Source: Chrysomallon squamiferum
Lineage: Eukaryota > Animalia > Mollusca
Direction: 5' to 3'
DNA: 64,000 bases
NCBI GenBank assembly: GCA_012295275.1
Contig: CM022671.1
Location: 3,100,001 to 3,164,000, forward strand
Below are positions 12,439 to 25,864 of the stretch, piece after piece (the stretch's first letter is position 1; each line of letters opens with the position of its first letter). The position numbers were made by a program, and so were the translations under genes. The notes beneath the pieces are model-generated. The model saw only the letters and a program-made list of their open reading frames with translations. It had not been told where the DNA came from and did no database searches.

Positions 12439-15400
12439 TGGTGAGTGATGAGTGGAAGAGAGAAATATTTTTGAAACTGGGATGAACTGCAGGTACAAAT
12501 GTGACAATTTCACAGCATTATTATTGAACTGTATAAAGGTTGCTATGACAACATGAAGTATGTTTATAAGTACTAGTCTGAACAAACAGATCTGTATTAA
12601 CATCTTTTAGTTGTATATTTGTATATATTAAAATACCAGTCTGGAATCATGAAAAAACCCAAACAGCCTAAGTGATGTTTATCTTTAACAATGCATTATT
12701 AACACATCATTACTTCTATCATATACATTTGTTCACTGGAGGTCTCTGTGTCAGAAATAATGATGGATTTATTGATCATGTTCTATAAATAAGAACATAT
12801 ATACTGTGTTTGCTGGTTTTGTGCATCTGAAACAGTGGTTGACACATCAAGTATGTTTTGTAATGAAGACATTTCAAACATCTTTTGAAAAAGAAAATTT
12901 GTTATATGATTTCAAACATGGGAGTTCCCACATTTCAATGTTGCTAGTTTAGCAATAATGTATTATATATATTGTCTGTTATGGCTCAGAAATCTTTTAA
13001 TATAATTAGTAAATGATGCAAATCAAACAAAACAGGCTATTCGTAATGTCACATTTTGATTAGGTGAAATTGTTATTTTTTATTGATGTATTTTAACTTT
13101 TATGATTAAACGTTATCATCACAAATGATGATACTTCAGGATTGTTCTATTTACAGAAGAATATTATAATATTAAACTCTAATTTTAAATTCTGTGCATG
13201 TGAATATAAATTACATTATAATTATCAAAAATACCTCCAGAGAAAATAAATGTAAATGTGATGTCTAGAAAGGACTGCACATCTCATAATGTTTTACTTA
13301 TCTGCTGTTAATGCATACTTACTTGATCCCACTTGTAGAAGTTGTGTTTATCTTAAAACTGTAGATTATCAGAACCTTCTGTCTAAAAATTAAAATCAAA
13401 GTATTAAATAAATTTTATTTTTTCTGGATCATTAACAATAATCTTTTTGTTTTGGAAACTGTTCAAGGTGATCATCATTATCATTATCATAAAAATAATA
13501 ACTGACACAAATTTTTAACTGAATAATGAATTGTATGATATTTAAATCTTAGTATGCAAAATTATAACTCAGGAAGTCTTTTCAACACAATATTCATTTA
13601 TTACTTTTTGTGTAATTTTGACAAAATATCAGGAATCATGATATTTTAACCAATAACAGAACTTTTTTTTTTTTTTATTACTTCAGTAACATTAATTATT
13701 TATATATGTGGTTATGTTTAGGCAAACCAATACATTATTGCATTTCTACATATATAAATTTTAAAACATTTCTTCATAATATAGTGTTAATTACAATACA
13801 CAATTCATTATACTTTATTTTTAGCAATCAGATTTGAATCTCTTTTTTCTGTGATTTGTAATTACTATGTGGTTTTAAAAAACCAATAGAAGTATACTAT
13901 ACACATGTATAGAAATATCAAAACAAACAAACACAAAATAACCTTTTATAAACACTTGGCAGAAATCTCTCTGTTTGTATTTATTTATTGATAATCATGA
14001 TAAAAGTGTACAAATAAAAAATTAATAAAACGAGTTCATCTATTTTGTTCTCAATAATCACATTATTTAAACATGAGTTTCACATTTTCAGCTAAATCCA
14101 GATATTGACAGAATATAATTTTTTTTATTTTAATTTTTAAATTTTGTTAATTTTGTTAATCACAACTCCTCAAAGCACCTTTCTGACCATTTCTCAGCCA
14201 AACTGCTGTATCAGACTGGTTAATCAAAGATCATGTTGCACCTTAAAACAGAGTAATCAGTGATAAACTTTCAGCTGTCATTAAAGTTTAAATTAAACAT
14301 TTTTGTTTAAATATGAGTATATCCATGTGAAGCATAGTCAACCTCCATAGTAAATATAACAAGTGTGAATGTGGAAATGCTCTATCAGTACTCACACTGT
14401 GATTAGCTGACTCAAGCTTTTCAGCTCATTGTTACAGTAGAGTGAGGAGATAGAGCTAATGTACGAACACCATTCTGATATTGCTAGGCTGATTATCCAG
14501 TTTTCTTGAATAGAGACCTCAGCCTGACCAATTATATATTAAACGACAAATACAGTTCATTTAATGCACTCATAGTCCATATCAATTTTTATAATAAAGG
14601 TATTATAAATGAAATATTTTCTTAAGTTCAAAATAAAGGTAAAATTTGTTAAACTGTATTTATGAAAAAGAGTCGGTGTCTAAATCAGAAAATGTTTGTA
14701 AGTTTGAAATTTGTTTTCTTAATCTAGATTTCTGATTTGGCTGTGAGGTATATATGTATCTAGCTCCACAAATATGTTATATATCAATAATACTGGATAG
14801 TTTTCACTATACCTATTTGATTGCTCTGAAATAACAAATTTTACATTTCAAAGAATAAAATTCTGCTATCATAATAACAACAGATACAAACAGGTAAAGT
14901 CAAAAACAATATTTTCTTTATCTTTATAATGCTTATTTTATTTCAGTTTATTTTCACAATGCACAGCATATATAAAGAGAAAATTTTATTTCAGTTTACT
15001 AATGTTTTGCATAAGTCAGGTCACATATTTGTAAAAATCCACCATACTGAGACAGAATAAAATACTCAATAACAATATAAAGAAATGATCAACAACAGAA
15101 ATACAAAATAAACTGATAATAAAAAGTAAATATTTGGCACTGGGAAGGAAAGAATGGACACAAGTGACATCAAAACAATCACAAAATTTGTCTTTTGTCG
15201 AAGTAATAATTTTTCAGACTTGAAATACAGAATAAAGATGATCATAACATACTAAAGTATAGCCCTGAAATATATGTAGTTGTTTTGTGTCTGTATGAAA
15301 GCTGGTCAAATTATAAAGAATATGTGTATCAAGATGTTACGGACAGAAAGATTTGCTGACATGTTTGGTGATAATGCTGGTATTGTAAAATCCATTCAAA

Positions 15401-17024
15401 CTGTTGAAATATTTAATGTTTAAAGGACATATACACTTATTTTCTAGAACATTTCATTATTTTTAATTAAAATTATTTACAATACATGTTCAATGCTGCA
15501 TTCATTTTTCAGATGCAAAATTTTAGTACACAATACATAGATACATAGGTACAAGAATCTTGGATAATGTGCATACTTTATGACTATCCCCATAAAAGAA
15601 ATAACTGTAACAAAATGACAGAACATACATTAAAATACTGTTTTAAATAACAGCATGTAGATTCATTAAGTAAGTCCTTGATCTGAATAAGTTCTGTACA
15701 TGTGGTTTCATTCAAAGACCTGTTTCAGTGAAATCTCATATGAAAATATCAGTTATACAAGGGATCGCATTCTCAGTGAGTTAGTCTCTTTGCTAAAACA
15801 AAGTCACAGACACATAAAACTTATTCTATCAATAAAAGTGGAGATTATGATGTAGTTGATGCTGCAAACATTCACATTTGTCACACACATTTATACATGT
15901 TAGAATGTAACCCTTTTGGTAAACTGAGATCTTACTGTATAAGAAAATAATATTATTTTTACAAATCCTGTAATCCAAAATACAAATCAACATTTATGAA
16001 TATAAAGATACAAAAAAAATAGAATAATTTGAAAACAGGGACAGAAATAAATGTATACAAATACAAAATATTTTGGAAGATTTTAACACCAAATGTTTTA
16101 AATCTGAGAAGAATAATAACCAAATATTCATAAACGTATATGAAAAGTGACACAAAAAGTAATTTAAAAAACCCACAATTTTTTTTATATACATATATTT
16201 TTAATCACTAGCAATCGTTTATATCTTTAATTTTTTTTTTCTTAATTATCAAGTATATAGCAGAAAGCATTCTTAGTTAAGAAACTGGCCCCAAGGTTTT
16301 GAACATTTTCAAAAAAGTGAAATTTATTCATGTATTTCATGTAAATATTTCATTTTACTGGTATTTAATTGATGAACACAAAGGGAACTATACACACAAA
16401 AATCCATACAAAATTTAATAACTACAGCATTATGACTGAAGTACAGTTTTAAGTAAGATTGTAACAAAATGTGGCTGTCTATGTCTATGTACATTTTTGT
16501 TTTTGTGTCAGTGTGTATGTGTGCTTATATACACATGTATTGTGTGCATGTTTATATGTGTGTATGTAGGTGTGGAAGCATTACATTATGCATTTATGTA
16601 GGGCTGTATGTATGTATATATGTGTATAATATTACATTATATATGTGTGGGTGAGTATGTGTGTATAACATTACATTATGTATATATACATGTTGTATGT
16701 CCTATAATTTTAAATCTCAGACAACAGCTGTCATATTACCATGACAACAGTGTACATTAGTGTAATTAAATCTGGCCTTGCTACCTATTGCACATATTAA
16801 ACATAACAGAGGTATTAAACAAGATAAAAATCTAGTTGTCGTGGTAACTAATAAGTAGAAATGTTAAGCAATAACTGAAAGATTAATGAAATCAATAAAA
16901 CAATAATTGGTCTGTCCACAAAGTGACTATAAATATAAAACAACCAGTTTGAAATAAAAAATAGTTTTGCCCAGATAACTGAAAAAACCTGAGTATAAAC
17001 AGTGGGTTTTTTACTTAGTGGCAG

Positions 17025-17358
17025 TATGTTAACTAGTGACAATGTAGTTATTTAACTAGTGACTGTATTTTAATTGGTGTTTATGTGATACATTAACTTG
17101 TGACACTGAGTTATTTACTTAGTGCTGTATTAACCAGTAACTATGTAGTTAGTTATTTAACTGGTGACTTATGTCAAGTAGTGACTATGTTGATATTTAA
17201 TAAGTATGTTGACCAGTGACTTGTACAGTTATTTAATTAGTGACTGTATTAGGTAACTAGTGAAAATACAGTTAGCTATTTTGCTGTAAAGATAAATAAT
17301 GAATGAAAATTAATTAGTGACTATAATTTAGTTGATTAGTGACTGTATGGTAACTGGA
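17025..17358. repeat. Degenerate ~21-24-bp minisatellite (ttaactagtgactatgtagtta), about 12 units, overlapping the sulfotransferase stop codon
   Basis: ttaa(c/t)tagtgac-like cores at ~17029, 17052, 17093, 17130, 17157, 17208, 17233, 17254, 17310, 17332. Confidence 0.75.
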
Positions 17359-18167
17359 AGTGAGTAGTTGAAGAGGACGAAATCAGGCTGGTATGCTTTC
17401 ATTAGTTTTAAAAGATTCCTTCTGGGAATTGTTTTGTAATACTGGATGAGCAAACTTTCAGTTTTCTTGTGTTTGTACGATGCAGATCGTGGCGGGAATT
17501 TAATTTTTTCTGCCACACCAATGTTTTTCAGAATGAACTCAGAATCCTTCTCCAGCCGGTGATATTTACCAACAAAGTCGTAGTTAATTAAACAGGGGTG
17601 GCACAGTTTGTAAAACTGGGCCCAGTGTTCATTCAGAGGGTCCTTCCTACTGGGATCAAGGATATACTGAACAAACTCTGCAAACGTCACATCATTTCCT
17701 GCTACCAAAGACCTTTCACTTGGCCTGTCTCTGTACTTCTTAACTATTTTTCTGCCAAATCTTTGATGAAAAAACCTGCTGGAGTTTGTCTGTCCTTCCA
17801 GTTTGTTCCTGTATGCTGACAACAATCTCTCAAATGGTTCCCTGACAATGATGAACTTAAAATAGTCTCGTAAAACAGTTTGTATTTTCTCCACACTCAG
17901 GTCACCCAGGTAAGTCAGGTACCTGTCGTAGTTACCATGCACCTCGTTAGCTTTCAAAGACATTGGGTTGTTAGTGTCCACCTTCCCTGACAAAATGATG
18001 AACACTCTTCTCCAGTTTGTACAAGCCACCTTTGGAACCTGACAATATAGAACTTTGTGTTTGTGGTTGACAATAATGTGGTTGAAAGCAGTTGACTTCA
18101 GTGCTTTTTTCACTGGTAACTGTAAATCATCGCATTGTGAGTGTATCCAATTATGCTGTGGATTATT
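17328..18167 (-). CDS. Carbohydrate sulfotransferase (CHST11/C4ST-like, HNK-1ST family), catalytic terminal exon
   Basis: 5'-PSB motif YCQVPKVACTNWRR, 3'-PB motif VREPFERLLSAYRNK, plus NEHW, CHPCLINYDFVGK and YQPDFVLFNY. Acceptor ttattttcAG|AAT, phase 0. Exact orthology within CHST8-14 is not resolved. Confidence 0.92.
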   Translation of the reverse strand, partial: NNPQHNWIHSQCDDLQLPVKKALKSTAFNHIIVNHKHKVLYCQVPKVACTNWRRVFIILSGKVDTNNPMSLKANEVHGNYDRYLTYLGDLSVEKIQTVLRDYFKFIIVREPFERLLSAYRNKLEGQTNSSRFFHQRFGRKIVKKYRDRPSERSLVAGNDVTFAEFVQYILDPSRKDPLNEHWAQFYKLCHPCLINYDFVGKYHRLEKDSEFILKNIGVAEKIKFPPRSASYKHKKTESLLIQYYKTIPRRNLLKLMKAYQPDFVLFNYSLPVTIQSLIN

Positions 18168-18214
18168 CTGAAAATAATAAATATTTATATTAAATGCATG
18201 TACATGCACATACA

Positions 18215-18254
<40 letters not shown>

Positions 18255-18466
18255 TCAATGTAATATTCTTGAAAGTCATGTACATATATGTATATAAATG
18301 TACAAACATACATAAATAGGTGTATGTATGCCACGCACAAATGCACATCAGTACATGTACACATATAGTCAATCATATTCATTTAAGTTTTAAGGGGCAT
18401 ACTTACACTGGTTTTCATGTAAAACATGAACATACAACTGAAAAAAAAGTACAAAATGTATAAATA

Positions 18467-18525
<59 letters not shown>

Positions 18526-18693
18526 TATACCTGTATTTTAGTTCTTACTGTTTATTTTTTCAATTTGAATGTTGAGATATTAGAGGGAAAAGAGTCATTA
18601 TACACAAAAAACTAATAAAGATCCAAACCAGTAATTTATGGTTTTAACTATGGACAGACAGACAAAAAAAAGAGATAAAAAACAAACACTTAC

Positions 18694-18764
18694 ATGCTGA
18701 CTTTTAGAAAGGTCGTCAGTAAATAAAGATGTATCAATCATACGTATATTTTTCTTTTGTTTAT
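18694..18764 (-). CDS. Sulfotransferase 71-nt stem-region exon (DKQKKNIRMIDTSLFTDDLSKSQH)
   Basis: Acceptor ttatttattttcAG and donor CAT|GTAAGT; converts phase 1 to phase 0, exactly reconciling the flanking exons. Confidence 0.8.
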
Positions 18765-19638
18765 CTGAAAATAAATAACATCCAAGTACTTGCACAATGG
18801 TATGGGAAAAAACAAACAAAAAAAATGAAATGCAAAAATTACATCGATTAAAACACATAATAGTGTGAAAATAAATTACAGACTAAACATGGATTTAAAA
18901 TTCAGGGGTTACTGTTTGAAGGCATTTTGTTATAGAAATGTTTTTGGTATTTTCTTTAAACTTTAAACTGCTATAAAAAAAATAAAAAAAAAAAAAAAAT
19001 AAAAAATAGTTATTAACCATCTCAGACCTTTTATCCACTTTTTTGTTTCCAATTGGATATAAGAATTCATGAAAGACTTGAAACTGCCGAAGGTGAAGAT
19101 TACAAGCTTAGTAAAGGTCAAGTTCTTTTTCTCAACATTTAATATTTATTCCATTTTTAAAAGCTAGTCATTTCATCTGGATGCTTCACATAGAAGTGTC
19201 AAAGTCAGACATCTTGTAATGGTTTTATTTATTCACTATTTTTCCCATGACATTTATGAGGTAATTTCACATAAAGATCATTGCATGTTACCATTATTAT
19301 AAAAGTTGATTGACGTTATAATGATTAGGCCTATAGTTTATACTGACATTTACAGTGTGTACTAGTTTTGTGTAAGATAGAAGTACTTCCTAACAGGAAA
19401 GATGCTTTTGCAGTGTTCTTACATGTCATATTTGTATTATCTGTCTGTGTATGCGTTTATAAATCATTTCTTGAAATGTGAAATCTCACTGTCATTTTTT
19501 AAAATTATTATTTAAAATAAAAAACGAAGAAGAAGGAAGAAAACTTTTACCAAAATATTTCTGTAACTATTTGTTTTGCTAAGTTATAACCTGGGAATAG
19601 GAAATCTAAAGTAAAAAAATAATAATAATATTTCAAAC

Positions 19639-19744
19639 CTTTCTTAAACGAAGTCTGCCAGGGCGTCCTGTACACCAGAACCAACATTGGAACTAAAACT
19701 CCAAATGCTATCAGCAACACGAACATTCTCGGCCATTTCCTCAT
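19639..19744 (-). CDS. Sulfotransferase first coding exon with a type II signal-anchor (MRKWPRMFVLLIAFGVLVPMLVLVYR...)
   Basis: Short basic tail plus hydrophobic helix typical of Golgi sulfotransferases; donor AAG|GTTTGA, phase 1; 106+71+840 nt = 338 codons plus stop. Confidence 0.8.
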
Positions 19745-20160
19745 GTCCGATGTCGGAATCCCAGCTTCCAAAGCACGAAACAGTTGCGCACGTTGACGTC
19801 AGTCAAACTAGATGTTACCTAGAAGTTGCAAACGTCAACGACAGCGTTGCAGTGTATATTGACAAAATTTCTTTTGGCTGGGATACATCGGGCCGCAAAA
19901 CAAAGCGACCTGGCACCATTGTGTTTGGTATGTAAATTTGTTTCCTGCTACATGGTCACGTGATCAAACAGCCGCAGAATCGTTCCAGCTGCTGTTAGCG
20001 TATCACACGTAAACATGATCTCACACTTGATATAAATACTTACACCCCTCGTCATCTCTGTCTCAGCTAGACACAGTTTATTTAAATCGCATCCAAGAAA
20101 GAATCCAGAGAACGAGGGAGAGGCGTAACTATACATACAGATGGGGGGTTTTTTCTTCAT
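19745..20160 (-). promoter_or_regulatory. CpG-rich 5' UTR/promoter region of the sulfotransferase
   Basis: Abrupt rise in GC and CpG upstream of the ATG; CRE TGACGTCA at ~19794; E-box palindrome TCACGTGA at ~19956. Confidence 0.5.
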
Positions 20161-20685
20161 GATTCACACTTACTTTTTTCTTGTAAATAAGATGAAAACC
20201 TATTAGCTTTATTTTGTTAAACTTTTAACGTAACCTTTATTTATTTATTTATGTATTTGAATTTTTTTCCGTTTAATTTGTGTGTGTGTGTTTTTTTTTT
20301 TAAATTATTTTTTAATTTGTGTGTGTGTGTGTGTGTGTGTCTGTGTGCAAATAAAAAAATGTATTTGTCTAGTTTGGAGAAACCACCCCAAAGGAAACAC
20401 TAGTGACTCTTTCTTCTTCTTCTTCTTCTTCTTCTTCTTCTTCTTCTTTTTAAAGAGAATTACCTGTGACACCTCTGTAGCAGAACCGAAGAATGCTTGT
20501 CTTACAGCTCGCATCAATTTAACAACTTATTAATGATCAGTATCTAAGCTTTATTGTCTCTAAAATCACGGTGCACAACGATCTGCTGATATTTTTTTTT
20601 TTTTTTTTTTTGTTAAATATTAATAGTTGTACAGTGGTTTTCAAAATAAAACAAGAATAATATACAGCTGTTAACGGATGAACTA

Positions 20686-20850
20686 CGTCTTGTTAAAGAC
20701 AAGTCAACACAATTTTTAATTCAGGGTTATTAGATGTCAGTCGTGTAAATTTGTAATGCTAATTTCAGTGAGCAAATCCTCTGCATTATATAATACACTG
20801 TTGTCGATTATAAGGAAATGGGCGTGTTTTAAAATGTGATTTCCGCATAA
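20686..20850 (-). mobile_element. Highly decayed SINE-like fragment, reverse orientation
   Basis: Loose similarity to the reverse complement of the 3' half of the copies at 21466 and 53296. Confidence 0.3.
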
Positions 20851-21324
20851 ATTTTTGTCTAATAAGCCTAATTGTTATATCAGATTTTTTTCTCAAGCAT
20901 TTCCAAGACATCATAGAACAGAAACGAGTGATTTTGTTACAGTAAATACCGAATAGGTTGCATCATGCTAAGAATCCAGCGAAAAAGACCGCTGCATCTC
21001 TCGACATACATAATTACGTGTTAAAAAGAGAACAGCTGTAGCAATATACTCTAAAGCTCGGAAACAAATACGTGGTGTTATTGTAACAGAAGCTGGTCCC
21101 ACTATTTGTAAACAGAGACAAGTGATTTTTTTTTTTTTTTTTTTCACTGATAAAATGACTACTGTTTGAAAGTCGTTTCAGAACAAACTCCTACTCAAAT
21201 AGCGATGTTGTTTTAACACGCACGTTCACAGCAAACTGTCGCAGACCAAGTAAAAACGCTATAAATAACAGAGTGACGAACTGGTGCCTTTCTAATAATT
21301 AATTTAAAACAATTTTTTGTTTTG

Positions 21325-21358
21325 TAATAATAATAATAATAATAATTATTATTATTAT

Positions 21359-21400
<42 letters not shown>

Positions 21401-21452
21401 CAGCAGCAGCAGCAGCAGTAGTAGTAGCAGTAGCAGTAGCAGTAGTAGTAGT
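21325..21452. repeat. Compound trinucleotide microsatellite (TAA)n(TTA)n(TAG)n(CAG)n
   Basis: Read directly; source of the spurious poly-Leu/Ile ORF. Confidence 0.95.
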
Positions 21453-21465
21453 GTTGAAGAAGCCA

Positions 21466-21726
21466 AGCTAGGGTTGAAGGGTGTTGGTCGCAGGATCAAT
21501 CTAGCTGACTCCACCCCTGGGCCTATTTTCCCTTCCAGTAAATGCTTCACACGTTGCTTTTTAAACAACGTCATATGTTTCCCTGTGTGAAGGTGTTTAT
21601 AAAAGATTCTGTTGCGTTAATTGAAAAACAGAACACTATCCTGTTGTAATGGCTTGTTTACTTGTTATCTACATTCTTCATCTGTGTCTGTTCGGTGCAT
21701 CGGTAAATAAAACATTTCGTTTTTCC
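21466..21726 (+). mobile_element. Decayed tRNA-derived SINE-like element, near full length
   Basis: B-box-like ggtcgcaggatcaatc; core gaaggtgtttataaaagattctgttgcgttaattgaaa and tail taaataaaacatttc, both shared with the copy at 53296-53523. Confidence 0.55.
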
Positions 21727-24700
21727 TTCCTCAAGCAGCTTAGATTACAACAGTTTGAAAGGAGAGAGCTGATAATTATGATAACTCGAATTACTTCAGC
21801 GCTAGAAGTCTGTGCCGACATGCCGCCTGTTTTACATCCTAAACCACTGGCGTTGTGAGCCTAGTATTCATCCAGTCAAATAATTGCGTTCAGTTTCCAT
21901 GTTTAAATATACGCTGTTTGTTACATTGTTTGTTACAGAAGACTGACGGCAGCCAAAAAAAAAAAAAAAAAAAAACTACTCATCAAATAAAACCCGATTT
22001 TTAAAGATTTTTTTTTTTTAAATGGATTAATGTTTTCTAAATACTTTGTTTACGTATATTCTTTTAAATTTTGTTTTATTTTATTTTCATTTAATTATTG
22101 CCCACGACAGCGGTGTTTCTATAACTGATGTACGAAAACAAGTATATAAAACTTTGTCAGTTTTGCATAGGTATTTAACTATTCTTAATTAAAAGACTTG
22201 CTCAAATTTTGTCATATAAAGTGGATTTTTCAAAACATTATTTACACATTATATCTCGTGATCATGAAGAATACACCTAAATTAAGGTCTGATTAGGAAT
22301 CCGCACCAAGATATGCTTCCTGTACTTTACAGCCATAACACTATCCCATAACCATTGTGCCGATAAAGAAATACACTTAACGAATTGAATTCATTTTGTA
22401 AATGGTTTGGTGGGGTGAGATAGTAACGAAATATCCAGTATCAGCAATCGAATTTAAATGACGAAAACTCATCAATTTAATCCTCTATTGAAAATAAAAG
22501 ATTTTACAAAGATATATATTTTATTCATCAGTGTAAGTTAATTTTTTATGTACGTGTGTGCTTGCATGAGTATATATATATGTTAAAAAAATATATTATT
22601 AAATTAATGATTTTTATTTAAAACTGTGTATTAACAAACAAAATCTAAAAGAAACCAAACATTCACAATAACTTTATAATCAGTTATATCTGGTTCCGTT
22701 TTCAGAATTTCAGATTTTTACATTTTTTTCTAGCTTTTAAAGATTTATATACCAATATCACCATGGAAAAATCCTGAATCTGCTACAGTAAAACATGCTA
22801 TAAATAGAAAATTACAGAATTAAGCGCACGGTAAATCTACACATTAATCTGGCTGAGGGCGGAGAAAATCAAAAGACTGTAAGTAATTTATCATTAGTCG
22901 ATAAGATATATGAGTTTAATGTATCACTTATTTCCTTTTGTAAACTATTAATAAGCTTAGCTATAAAAATATATATATATATATACTGTCTACTCGAGAT
23001 TGCTTTTGCAAGCACAATGAAATATTCTGTATTTTATGCACAATTATATACAGAACGGTCAAGTATTGTTTATCAAAATACATTATTCTGCCTACGGATT
23101 TTTTAAAAATAGATTTGTTATACGTTTATCGATTGGTCTATTGTCAGCGAATAAGCGAACGTTTTATTAATCGCTGCAGTAAAAAGTGTATTATGCAGGG
23201 ATATGGCTACTTATTTGTTAAGCAGAGATTTGTATTTTTCATTAAGTATAATATAAATAGATATAGTTATACGGTAATGTACATCAGTTATTGATTTTAT
23301 ATTTATTGTAAATTTAATTAAATATAGTTAACCAAAATCATAAATTTATGAAATCTTCATATATTTTTCATTGCAGAGCAAACATGTTCATGAAGAAAAA
23401 ATCGGTTAATTAAACAGTATTTTTTAATATATATTTCTTTTATGTTTGTAGAATAAAAAATTGGAGAAAAATATTCGATAAACCTTCAGCTACAAAGTTA
23501 CCAATGTTTTTGTATGTTGAACTAAAATAAATAAATAAATAAATAAATGTTAATGATTATCAAGTACAGACACTTATGAGGCCAGAACAGTCGTACAACG
23601 GAAATGACTCACTGATATTAAGACTAAGCAGGATTAACCGATTATATACAAAATAAATGGTCGGTCTGACATCCTGGTATAGGACAAATCAAGGTTATAC
23701 AAAGAAGTACTAATAAAACAATCATCTCAACTGTTTCATTGTTTTCATTCAGTATATCTGAGACCTTATTGACAAGCAAGAAAAGGGATTCACGAAAGAA
23801 CATTAATTTAATTGTCTTTTATTTAGAAAGAAGCCTAATATTATACCAACAAAATCAAGTCGGTAAACCTTGGGACAACTCTTGTTGTTTTAATAATGTT
23901 AGTGAATAGGAATTATGTCCCCTGACATAATCTCGATTGCCCCTCGTGTGTCTCTTTAGTGTGTTGTTTTAACTATTGTCTATTCTAACCAGATGTGAAA
24001 TATATATCTATTCTCTGGTCAACCACAGAATCACTACAAGCAGCATAAAAAAGAAAAGTTACTTGCTCGGTAATTTATTGTTATTATTGTTATTATTATC
24101 TTCTCACCTTTTTTTTGTAGTTGTTTCTTTATTTTGAAAATTACTTTTGTTTGTTTTCTGATGAAATATTAATTTTAGCAACAAAAGCAGGTGTTAGTGA
24201 CATTATAGATGCAGACAAATAGCAATAACAGCAAAGTGATAAGAAATTACTTTGTAAATAATATATGTGTGTGTGTGTGTGTGTGCCCATATGTAAAACT
24301 TTTTATTTTAATTCAAATATAGGAAAATAATAGTCCAGTGAAAATCAATAAACGCTAAAAGAAATTTAAACCTCTCTTCAAACATAACTCCAAAATTAAA
24401 AATTAAATAAATAAATAAATAAACAATGGCATGATGTATAAGGCTAAGTGTCGTGAAGATTAAAATAAGAAATATTTAGACCTATAAACAAATTGTGTAA
24501 TATTCATAGCTTTCTAACGTTTAACACCGACTTTGTGTTAGATGTTGTACTGATATTTCTTTCATTTCAGTTTGACATTTACACAGAGATGTGTTAGACT
24601 ATCACTTCATTACCAACATCATCTTCAAATAAACCAGAGTATAAAACACATGAGGAAAATGTTTGGTAATTTCTCAAGTATTACTGTACTGATAAAACAG

Positions 24701-24921
24701 ACAGTATAGAAATTAATATAATGACAATCCAGACAGCAGTAGAAAATCTTCATACAGATGGAGATAGGGAAGCCATTCTTCGTTAGATTTAACAATTCCA
24801 AGATTCCGATGGAAGCAACTTTAGTAAAATGAAAAAACACAGATTCCCAAAACGTGCATGTATCGATAAAATTAGGTTTAGATATTTTCCTTTCTTGTGT
24901 ACATATATCTATATAATATAG

Positions 24922-24961
<40 letters not shown>

Positions 24962-25414
24962 GAACAAAAAAAAGGTCTCCATAGTTATTAATATTAATAC
25001 ATATGATAATGATTTTAATATATGACGATAATTGAGAATAAAAGTCATTTGTTGGTATATCACAGGTTGGAGAAACAATCATATATATCCATGTTTACAG
25101 ACCTGGCGTCCTTCATATAAACTTAAATATATATGCGTATTATTTTGTTTATTTAAAATGTCAAGGAAACGACAACTCTTGCTGCTTTAAATTTAAACGT
25201 GAAAACGACTTGTGTCCCTTGATTAGCTGTTTTATCTTTTCTCACAACTTGGTAGTTTGTAGCTGACACTCAAACAATATTTAATAAACCTGAGAAAAGC
25301 AAGCAGTACTTTGATCAGTCAGTGGTTGTGTCTATAGGAAAAATGAAACAGAATATATTTTGGCACTACGTAAATAACCATTTATGCATGAATGTATGTG
25401 TCTCTGTGTACACA

Positions 25415-25466
<52 letters not shown>

Positions 25467-25814
25467 AACACACATACATACTTAATTATAATCATACATA
25501 CATGCACACATATATACGAGGCGGATGTAACAAACCAGAGTAACCGCCACCGTATATAATAAGAATAAAATTGAAGAAACCTGTGTTTTTAAGTAACATT
25601 TATCTTATTTTCAAAAATGTATATTATTTATTACTGTTGTTGTTGTTTTGGTTGTTATTGTTGTTAATGTTTCTAGATTCTTCACCTTAAAATAACAACA
25701 ATAATGCACTGAAAGTATTTAATATTATGTTTGTAACAATGTCTATGTATGCTCTCTGTCTGACTGTCTGTATTTTTGTATGTATGTGTTTATGTATGTG
25801 TATATGCAAGACTG

Positions 25815-25864
<50 letters not shown>

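Noticed and set aside
18168-18215. N-terminal MYVHVHAF... of the 295-aa ORF
   Set aside because: Intronic sequence upstream of the acceptor at 18168.
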